A stretch of DNA of 64,000 bases, from contig OX597814.1 in assembly GCA_951406725.2 (NCBI GenBank), positions 221,216,001-221,280,000 of the forward strand, read 5' to 3'. Under the pieces are notes generated by a model. That model was not told where the DNA came from and searched no databases. It saw nothing but the letters and a program-made list of their open reading frames with translations. The DNA is from Octopus vulgaris. Taxonomy: Eukaryota. Positions 54,045-64,000 of this stretch are shown piece after piece; within the stretch, counting starts at the first letter, position 1; each line of letters begins with the position of its first letter. The translations under genes were made by a program, and so were the position numbers.

Positions 54045-55012
54045 GCCGTCCCGGGTCGATCTTCAGCGACTTCAACACAATCAAAGCATTCTATAGGGGA
54101 TTAGTGGAGTGGAGGTACGACGAAGAGCTCGGGGCGAACCTGGAGGTCGACAAGGAATACCTGACCCGCCTGTTCAGGACGACTTTCGAGCCAGGGCCCA
54201 CGGACAACTTCCAGAGACCCTAGCCTGGCAGTGCTACCGAAAAGCGCTACCCATTCGGGATAAGCTCTACAGTCACGGCTCGGGAAACACGGGGCTGACC
54301 TACTCGAGATGCGGTCAGAACGACGAAACCGTTCTGCACACACTTGTGCAGTGTCCAACAATTTCCGACCTGTGGGCTTATGTCGAACGACTGCTGTCAC
54401 GTGTGGGACGAGTCGGTTTATCAGCCGAGTCTATCGTCAATATTGTCACGCCTCCTTCCTTCAAACGGGAAGGAAGAGCTATTTTCATCATTCTTGTTGC
54501 TATAGCGAAAGAATGTGGTGGGCGCGTCTGAAAGGATTGGAGACAGACACTTTCCTCTCTGGTCACTCTCTCATCAACATCTTCAAGTATCACTTGAAGA
54601 GGAAAGTGAGAGTAGAGAGGCAAGTTTTGTTTAGCAAATGTTTCAAAAAAAGATGGGTGAATGTAGCAAGGATGGCACGTATGAATGACGAAGCCACCTT
54701 GAGCATGATCCTATGAACCCAGGGTTACTTACTTGCAAACAAATGTGTTAACATGTGACATTACTGGCCGAGGTTACCGTGGTATTTTCCGTAGGCTTTT
54801 CTTTCCACGGATAAACCTTATCTGCTTCCTCCTTTACACTTTACATCATGATATTCCTGTGATACACGACCCCTATTGATCGTTATTTTTCTTCCTTTTA
54901 CGACCCCTCTTGATCGAAAACCTACCCCACTTATTTTTTCTTTTTTTTCTCCACAAAAAGTAAAGCTCCACTTTGTAATATGTGTGCAGCCCCGTGTGGC
55001 CAATAAAAAATA
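54045..55012 (+). mobile_element. Tx1/L1-type LINE, 5'-truncated frameshifted copy in (TATC)n
   Basis: Highly similar to 62.7-63.8 kb. zf-RVT-like LAWQCYRKALPIRDKL...RCGQNDETVLH..VQC; AATAAA at 55002; (TATC)n at 53981-54044 and tatctatctat after the 3' end. Confidence 0.9.
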
Positions 55013-55020
55013 TATCTATC

Positions 55021-55070
<50 letters not shown>

Positions 55071-56599
55071 TTATGCATGCATATATATACGCACACAGAC
55101 GCACATAAACACAAACACATACAAAAACAAATACACACATACACACATATATACACATACATATGCCATAACTGAAACCAGCTTAAATCATGACAACACT
55201 ACTGTAACATTTATTGAGTAAAAATAAAAAATAAAAATTGCTATATTTAAATCAAATATTTAAATTATGATCTCAGTAGCGCTAAAGGGTATCTAATCTC
55301 TTAAGTACCGATTGGGAGACTCTGAGACATAAATCAGTCGTGAGTTTAGCGAATTATTGATTGTAGCTCGTAATTCCTGGATGATAGTGTAGTTGCGTTG
55401 GAAGAAATTATTTGGGAAATATCTCTATCAGAATAAATCAGGACTAGTCGTGTCAGGAGGTCTTTGAATCTACTTACAAACTGTTCATCAGCCTCATATC
55501 TAGGGGTTAGTTAAATGCTGGTCTTGTGATGTTGACAATATGAGACCTGACTCCTTTTTTCGGAAAATATAGCAGTCACTGTCAGATGATATAATAATTG
55601 GAGAGGAGTTATCAGTTAACGTTAGAAATAACAGTTAAAGACCACAGACTGGGTAATCGTTAGAACGTTGGATAGAATACCTCACAGTAGTTCTGACTTT
55701 CTGCGTACCAAGTTCAAACCACGCAAAAGTCAGCTTTGCTTTTCATCTTTTGGGAGTGGATAAGAAAAGTATCAGTCAAGGTTAATGGATTGGTGGAACA
55801 GTTAGAAGGCCAGGCGAGTTGTTCTGAAGTTTCTGTTTCGGTTATTTGCCTTCCGATTGGCGTAAACTGTATTGGACCAAGGTGGGGGCCCTTCTCTTGG
55901 AAAGTATGAGTGGGAGCAAAGGGAAGACTTTTACACATAGGAAACTGTCTGCCTTAGAATAAATCTGCCCCAAACTTATGCATATATGTATAGATGAATG
56001 CTCAACCCTGACCGACGGGGTCCCTTCCAGTGCATTTGCTAGCAAAATATAAACCTTCGATTACATCTGAAATATGTATTTCAATACAAACACACCACCT
56101 TCCCTTAAAATTTCAAATGAAATTTTTGACAGCATTATTACATATAATTGTGTTTTTTGGATGACCCCATTCAAGAAAGGCTGTGTAATTTGACCAAACA
56201 GCACGATTGATAAAAAGAGAATCATATGGAAAGAAGTAATGTTTTCTTGAAGAATTCATTTAGATGATCAACACTCTCTTCATTCAGAGTTTGCATGTGT
56301 CTAACGATAAGCAACATACTTTTGACTTTTTCCTGATGCTTAGCAATGAGGCTCATGGGATTGGTATCTAATTAAAATTGGTGTTTAATTAATGAACCAC
56401 GCATAAGAGATGTTGCTGACCCGATTTACACTGGCGTGCCAGACCGAAACTTATAATTAAAGTCTTTTAGAACCTATAATCTTCTCTCAGTTAAACAATA
56501 ACTGAGCCCAATCGTTTTCCTGACTGGTATATCGGTCACATTTGAATCCCTTCCTTCATTTTTCAAATTGTTTAGTCTCAAAAGAGACTCTGTGCTCAT

Positions 56600-57230
56600 G
56601 GCTTTCGCAGTCTTTCCAATACTAATGGCGTAGTTGTATTTGAAGTTAATCTTTAACGACTTCAGTACAGGAATAAATCGGATAACATTTACAGAAAGAA
56701 TATCTCCTGGAGAGCAAGGATGGTTGTAGTAGTAACTAAAATAAATAGACATGTGATGACAGTAACGGCAGATATGAAGACAAATGAATCGAATGGGAAT
56801 AGTTGAAGATGGTACGAGGACAGATAACTTAGCAACAGAAATCACTACAGTAGCAGTAAGAAAAGCAAAGTGACAGCCCGTCCGTTAACCAGAGTATGAA
56901 GCGTGTTGGTGAACGATGCCGTGGCTGTCAATCTGGTAGGCGTTCTGAACGTGGATTAAGATGATGGCAGGTGTATTAACAACACCGTCAGAAATGTGAG
57001 AGCAATATTCCATTGTGAGCATCACTTCAGTTTCTAAAGAGTTTTTAGACGTTGAGAATTGATGTTGTGGGTATTTAAAACCAGGAGAGGAAACTAAAGT
57101 ACTTTGGGGCTCGGCGTTTGTTATGTTAAAGACGCGATATCAATACAAGAAATCGTCAGTGAGTGTCACTGAAATTGGATTCTCGAGTAAATATTTCTGC
57201 TTAACAAGTCAGATACGTTCTGTAGAGAAG
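56600..57230 (-). mobile_element. Decayed LINE 3' coding remnant (Jockey/CR1 group)
   Basis: Minus-strand acaatggaatattgctctcacatt translates to TMEYCSHI, matching the common RP.MEYCS.IW motif. Confidence 0.55.
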
Positions 57231-57443
57231 TAATATAATTGACTCGTATTCTTAAATTGGAAAGTGTGTCTAGAAAATTCAGGTATCGTGATTCAAGTAG
57301 TCACATGGCGATGTTATCATATGAAAAACTTGGTAGATCCTCTGTGTGTGTGAGCGTGCGCGCATGGGCATACGTTGGTGTGTGTGTGTGTATATATATT
57401 ATTGTAAATCTATCTATCTATCTATCTATCTATCAATCTATAC

Positions 57444-57484
<41 letters not shown>

Positions 57485-57872
57485 TGCATGCACATATATA
57501 ACCATACACACGATAATAGACACGCATAGATATAGAGTTGGAGATATAGATTTTTTTTGTTAGCAAACAAAAGAGAGATAAGTCAATATATGATATAGAG
57601 GTTTAATTTATTTATTAGTAATCTGTAGATCTTTCACTCAGTCGCCATCCAGAATCTTCTGCCACGTGTTTTCGATCAATTTTACACGTGGTGGAAGGTT
57701 TTGAGAGGAATCCTCAGATGATTACTTATAGAAGCAATCTTACATTTATATACACATATACATGCACACATAATATACACCTACATTTACGTACATAAAT
57801 CCATATATATATATACACGCACATACAAATATATTATACACACTCACACACACATGTATGCATCTATAAATG

Positions 57873-57920
<48 letters not shown>

Positions 57921-57946
57921 GATATATATATATATACATATAAATT

Positions 57947-58011
<65 letters not shown>

Positions 58012-58269
58012 GCCGACATATATATATATAGATTGGTGTATATTACTTTTCAAGCCCCAAAATAAAATTGAAATGGCTTTACCTCTAAACTTAATTGATT
58101 ATAAAGGAATTATCTTCCTCTTCTTAAAAGGATTCTATTTCATATCTTTAGTATTTAGATACTGGTGAATTATAACTGTTCCTTATTTTAAGCGAAGATC
58201 TTGCAATAATAAGCTTCTGCTTTTGTATTCTTATAAATCTTCAGAATTCTGCGAGAAACTCTTTTAATA

Positions 58270-58915
58270 TTTGTTTCAAATTTTAGCACAAGAACAGCAA
58301 TATCGATGGAGTGTTAAGTCGATTACATAGGTTCCAGTGTTCAGCTGGTACTTAATTTATCGACCCTGAAAGGATGAAAGGTAATGACGACCTCGGTGGA
58401 ATTTGAGTTCTGAACGTAAAGCCGGACGAAATGCCGCTAAGCATTTCGCCCAGTCCGCTAACGATTCTGTTCTGTCAGCTTGCCTCCTTAGAAACTCATT
58501 TGATATTCTTTTCAAATTTTCCTACAAGGTGAGTAAACTTGAGGAAGGGACTCCTGTGTTCAACTTGTATTTATTTTATCGAACCCTGAATGGCGAAAAG
58601 CAATATCGACCTCGGCGGAATTTGAACTCAGAACGTAAGTACGGACGAAATGCAGTTTTCCCGGCGATGCTCTTAACTCTTTGAATATTGTTTACTTTTT
58701 AAGATGGTGAACAGACATAACTGTTAGGACGACAGGTGAAATGTTTTGTGGCATATCGTCCTTCTTCACGTTCTGAGTTCAAATTCTTTCGAGGTTGACT
58801 TTACGTTTCATTCTTTTGGGGTCGATCAAATAAATACCAGCTGAGTACTGGGGTCGATGTAACCGACCTACCTCCTCTTCCGAGCTTGCTGGCCTTGTGA
58901 CAAAATTTGAAATCA
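58270..58915. mobile_element. Cluster of three decayed family-B-related SINEs (two minus, one plus)
   Basis: Repeated tatcgaccc..aaggatgaaagg / ggaatttgaactcagaacgtaa motifs, and the plus-strand gagttcaaatt...ggccttgtgacaaaatttgaaa. Confidence 0.75.
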
Positions 58916-59016
58916 ATATTACCTGCTTTAATATGTACAGTTTTTTCAAATTTTAAAATAATTGTTCTTCGTTTTAGAAAAACTCCCAAAACAATATTTC
59001 ACTTAATAATTTAGTA

Positions 59017-59609
59017 TAGTGGTTCTCCACTGGGGTTCGTGAGGTACTTGGGGATCCATATAAGATTCTTTGTTAAAATTTGTGCAATAAATTGGTTATA
59101 CTTCTTCAATGGGAAAGCCGGTGGCTTAGTGGTTAGGGTATTCGGTTCACGATCGTATGGTTTTGAGTTCAATTTCCGGCGACGCGCTGTGTCCTTGAGC
59201 AAGACACTTTATTTCACATTGCTCCAGACCGTTAAGCTGGCAAAAATGAGAAGTAACCGTATTTCAAAAGGCCAGCCATGACACATTCTGTGTCACGCTG
59301 AATCTCCCGAGAACTACGCTAAGGGAACACATGGCTGTTGAGTGCTCAACACTTGCGTGTTAATTTCATGAGCAGGCGTTTCCGTTGTTCGGATCAACTG
59401 GAACCCTAGTCGTCGCAACCGACTTAGTGCCAGTAGTACCTCTACAATACACGAAACATTAAAATTTTTTTTATACAATTCCTAATGTTATTTAATTATG
59501 AAATTAAAATAGGATTTTTAAAACATCAAATGGCGATAAGGGTCCACCCCAATAAAATGGGAATCAACAAGGTCCATAGGTAAAAAAAAAAACTGGACGA
59601 GAATCAGTG
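59017..59609. mobile_element. Decayed hAT-like MITE containing a nested SINE (59116-59432)
   Basis: Ends tagtggttctccac / ggacgagaatcagtg resemble cagtggttctcaacc. The nested SINE has a tRNA head, CORE-like gtgtccttgagcaagacactt and the family-C tail. Confidence 0.55.
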
Positions 59610-60160
59610 ATTTCAAGTGTATGTCCAAGAGGTCCAGCATTGTTGAATGATTAAAAATTTGTTAAGCACGAGATTCCAAAATCGATCTCACTATAGGGTG
59701 ACTGGGGAAAATGTTATTTTTTATATCCCATACAGGAAGATCAGTTATGATTTTATTCAACATATTTCTCTCTTAGATTCACACACTTATTGCAGTGGTC
59801 CTTCAGTTTTTCTTAGCCCTGTAAAAAAACTCAGAAGTTTGGGCCTCCAACTAGGCCTTTCGCGAGACCCTTAAAATGAGGGAACTTTTTAGCGCTCTCT
59901 CACAGTTATCCTTTAATTCTGGAGCGAACAGTTCCCTAGCTGGAAGAACTAAATTCTCATCGTCGAATGATGGATATCCAAAACAGATGCTCAACAGCGT
60001 TACACCTGGAAAGTATTCACGCCAAAACATCGTTTCAATTTCAAACTCTTGGAGAAACATTTTGCTTAATTTGTGAAAACGTGTAGGAAAATTTATCAGA
60101 ACAATGGGTTTATTGCTAGTCCAACCTGAGTATTCTGATAAATAACTGACAAATTATATA

Positions 60161-60469
60161 CAGTCAGGCCTCGACTTTCTCCGGTATTTGGTTCCAAGTC
60201 GTATGACAACTTGAAAAACGACGTAACACGAAAAAAAAATTAAAAAAAGAACTTAGTAGTTTACGTGTATCTGTTTTAATAAGTGGTTTGTGAATATTTT
60301 CACCTGTATTTTAATTTTTCACTTCAGAATCGTATTTTAGATGATTTATAAATTCTTTATTGCTTTTAAATATGTTCATTCAGACCGGATAGATTAAATG
60401 CTTAAAAAAAAATACAACGTAAAATCGAAAAAGACGTAACTCGAAACGATGCAAGTTGAGGTATACCTT
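60161..60469. mobile_element. pogo/Tigger-like MITE (decayed)
   Basis: TA-cagtcaggcctcgactt at the left end and aagttgaggtatacctt-TA at the right end; internal repeated gacgtaac.cga motif. Confidence 0.5.
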
Positions 60470-60689
60470 TATTCGTAATATTTCTTCTACGAGATATCTT
60501 GCTGTGAATATTTCCTTATGGAGAATGAGTACTCAGAGACTTTGATGACTGAAGCATTAAGCCTTCTTGATTTTTGTAAACACTCTTCCTTGAATTTTTC
60601 ATACCGTCTTTTCAGACAACTATTTGACGTATCATGGAAGAAAAGCTCATCTTTATTCATGAATGGAGAGGACAATAGCTTGTAATTTT

Positions 60690-60975
60690 TACTTTTTCCA
60701 GTCATTGGACTACGGCCATGCTGGCGCACTGCCTTGAAGGGTTTAATTGAAAAAAATCTGCCCCAATACTTAGCTTTAATTTAAAAGTCTGCTGCTTACT
60801 TCACCGTTATTTTTCGCCGAACCACTAAATTACATGGATGTACACAAACAACACCAGTTTCTAACAGTAGAGTGGGGAATAAAAACACACAAAAAAACAT
60901 ACATACGAATTTTCTGAGTACACATTTGAAACCGAAACCACGTAGTTGTGAAGCGAACTTCTAAACCAGAAGGAT
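60690..60975 (-). mobile_element. SINE family A, decayed
   Basis: cagtcattggactacggccatgctgg.gcactgccttgaagg...gccgaaccactaa. Confidence 0.65.
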
Positions 60976-62171
60976 ATGCTGGCATTTAATGTACAAGATG
61001 ATCCCCACCCCCTTTAAACTCCAAACGACAACTTTTTTTTTTATTGTTTCATTGCTTTCTAGTAATGTGTTTAAATACTTTCACTTGCCACTTGTACTGA
61101 AAATTCTTTGATGGGGATGTGTTTCTTTGCTTCTTGTCACTAAAGTTTTGTTTTGTGGGCTGTTTCTTATCGCTCGAATCCAGAGCATGTTCTTTGTCGG
61201 ACTGTTTTATAGCTGCAGGCCTTTCTTGCTATTGGCGGCCAGTTTCATGTTGTGTGGTTAATAAAATGCGAGTGTGTTCTTTTATTTTTCTTATACTTTT
61301 AAGCATTTGTTTGATGCTCCTGAAGCTATGACCTTCATCACGAGGTGAAATTATCATTTAATTTCTGGAAGGTGACAAATGTTTCTTTCCGACAATGGGA
61401 GTTATGAAGCAAATAGTGTATAGAAACCAAGCACAATTTAACTACCGCTCCAAAAAACAAAAAAAGGAAAGAGTGAGAGAGAGAGAGAAAAAGAAAGAGA
61501 GAGGGGGAGAGAAAAGAAAGAGAAGGGGGAAAGGATTCAAAGGTAATGAAGTAATCATAATTAAAAAGAGATTTATACTCAAGTTGTGACTACAGTAATT
61601 AAATTATAACAATAAATCCTGATTGCTACAGAGAAGATTTTTACATTATTTTCATTCTCTCCTCCATAAAACTCGAGAAATTTTATATATTGCTTCTTTT
61701 GATTTTTGTGGAATTTTACATCCCCCGCCACATTTTACATCCCCACCCACATATGAATACGCAGATGCGCACGTATACACATACATATTCACACATACAC
61801 AAATATACTCACATACATACAAGCGCGCACACACACACACACACACATAGAAGATCAGCCTTGTTCCTATATATAATTTTACAAGTATAAAGTTACACAA
61901 AAAGTCGTTGAACAATTTGATTAATGCTTAAAAAAAAGACGAAGTCACAACATAAATAGGTAAATGAATGCGTGCGCAAACACACACACACATATACCCA
62001 CATATACACATGCATACATTTACGTTTAATAATCATCTCACACACAGAGAGGTAAAGTAATCTCTTTGCATGAGCGAAGGTAAAAGACTCGGCAGTATTG
62101 AAATGAAGATAGCGTGCATCTGTTACAGCGCTAACTCAATAATCTAAAAATAGTTACATTTCATGCATACT

Positions 62172-62241
<70 letters not shown>

Positions 62242-63392
62242 CAGTGGAGAAGAACTGGAACGAGATAACGAGTAGGGTGGTCACTCTCGCCCGGCAATGG
62301 GCCGAGAGGAAACTGTCCCTAAAAGGTCGAGCGGAGGTGGCGAACACGTACATCGCGTCCGTCATCTACTACCGCCTGACCGTCGTACCTTGTCCCGACC
62401 CTACCATCACCAAACTACAACGCATCCTCTTTCGCTTCTTGTGGAAAGGATGCGTCCCGATGGTCAGGCGATCCATTTGCTGTCAACACCCGTTAAAAGG
62501 AGGGCTGGGCATGCCGTGGTTGATGATGCGCAGACACGCGCTGAGACTGCGGCATCTCTGGCTCTATGTAGACGACGGTGAACAGGTGTGGTCGCCGTTT
62601 GTGAGGCACGCTTTCCCGCAGCTCGTCTCCATGACCGAACTGCAGTCGTGGATCAAAAAGAGGCCGAGGAAGGGCGAATGGCACCGCGAGTGTCGCGTTG
62701 CTCTCAAGCAACTCTGCCGTCCGGGGTCGACCTTAAGTGACTTCAACACAACCAAAGCATTCTATAGGGGTTTAGTGGAGGAGAGGTACGACGACGAGCT
62801 CGGGGCGAACCTGGACGTCGACGAGGAGTACCTGACCCGCCTGTTCAGGACGACTTTCGGGCCAGGGCCCATGGACAACTTCCAGAGATCCCTGGCCTGG
62901 CAGTGCTACAGAGAAGCGCTACCCGTTCGGGATAAGCTCTACAGACACGGCTCGAGAAACACGGGGCCGACCTGCCCGAGATGCGGTCAGAGCGACGAAA
63001 CCGTTCTGCACGCACTCGTTCAGTGTCCAACAATTTCCGACCTGTGGGCTTATGTCGAACAACTGCTGTCACGTGTGGGACGAGTCGGTTTATCAGCTGA
63101 GTCTATCGTCAATATTGTCACGCCTCCTTCCTTCAAACGGGAAGGAAGAGCTATTTTCATCATCCTTGTGGCTATGGCGAAAGAATGTATCTGGTGGACG
63201 CGTCTGAAAGGATTGGAGACAAACACTTTCCTCTCTGGTCAATCTCTCATCAACTTCTTCAAGTACCACTTGAAAAGGAAAGTGAGAGTAGAGAGGCAAG
63301 TTTTGTCTAGCGAATGTTTTAAAAAAAGATGGGTGAATGTAGCAAGAATGGCACGTATGAATGACGAAGCCACCTTGAGCATAGTCCTATGA
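62242..63392 (+). CDS. Tx1/L1-type ORF2 C-terminal part (post-RT region and CCHC zinc knuckle), about 383 aa, no own start codon
   Basis: WAERKLSLKGRAEVAN, FRFLWKG, GGLGMP, AWQCYREALPV, CPRCGQSDETVLHALVQC, IWWTR. Confidence 0.85.
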
Positions 63393-63771
63393 ACCCAGAA
63401 ATCGAAAACAGAGAGTTGCTTATTTGCAAAAAAAAAAAAAGAAATATAAAATGTGACATCATTGACCGAGGTTACCGTGGTCTTTTCCGTAGGCTTTTCT
63501 TTCCACGGGTAAACCTCACCTGTCCTCCCCTTTACACTTCATATTGACATTTCTGTGATAACGATCCCTATTGATCAATTTTTTTTTCCTCTCCCCCTTT
63601 TTTTTTTAACCCCCCTTTTTTTTGTCCTCTTTCTCTCCTTTTACGACCCCTTTTGATAGAAACTCCCCCTTCCTTTTTCTTTTTTTTTTTTTTTTTAAAC
63701 CTTCAAAAGAAAAGCTCTACCTTGTAATTTGTTCTATCTGTGTGCAGCCCTGTGTGGCTAATAAAGAAACA
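62242..63771 (+). mobile_element. Tx1/L1-type LINE, 5'-truncated young copy embedded in (TATC)n
   Basis: (TATC)n at 62172-62241 and 63772-63885; uninterrupted ORF2 C-terminus; 3' UTR with AATAAA at 63760-63765 and no poly(A) tract. Confidence 0.93.
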
Positions 63772-63886
<115 letters not shown>

Positions 63887-63896
63887 ACTCTTTAAT

Positions 63897-64000
63897 CATT
63901 TACTTGTTTCAGTCATTTGACTGTGGTCATGCTGGAGCACCGCCTTTAGTCAAGCAAATCGACTCCAGGAATTATTCTTTGTAAGCCTAGTACTTATTAT
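63897..64000 (-). mobile_element. SINE family A 3' end (runs off the window)
   Basis: tttacttgtttcagtcatttgactgtggtcatgctggagcaccgcctttagtc matches the 8339 copy. Confidence 0.85.

Noticed and set aside
59851-60120. Complex-looking minus-strand ORF (MFLQEFEIETMFWREYFPG...)
   Set aside because: No recognisable motif or convincing splice signals; cannot be supported without a homology search.
62163-62241. N-terminus [11 protein letters not shown] of the 409-aa ORF
   Set aside because: A chance ATG read through (TATC)n; the real LINE frame begins at about 62242.

Overview
This is AT-rich, repeat-dominated metazoan DNA, intergenic or intronic. The SINE families and the extreme density of (TA)n/(CA)n/(TATC)n/(ATT)n microsatellites suggest an octopod cephalopod; that is an inference from recalled repeat families, not a database result. 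No host protein-coding gene could be identified with confidence, and nearly all listed ORFs are microsatellite artefacts or retroelement fragments. Recognisable content: two 5'-truncated Tx1/L1-type LINE copies, each sitting in a (TATC)n array; an R4/Dong-like RLE LINE abutting (TAA)n; HERO/NeSL-like, CR1/L2-like, RTE and Penelope fragments; three tRNA-derived SINE families; non-autonomous Helitrons; hAT and Tc1/mariner/pogo remnants. The most interesting signals are: (1) apparent (TATC)n target specificity of the Tx1-like family; (2) SINE multimers joined at one fixed, self-complementary junction at two independent loci; (3) several dispersed minimal hammerhead-ribozyme-like motifs, often inside inverted repeats (Penelope-type); (4) two minisatellites amplified from a few bases of a LINE and of a SINE; (5) a shared LINE/SINE 3' tail. 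All coordinates were read by eye and may be off by a few bases.
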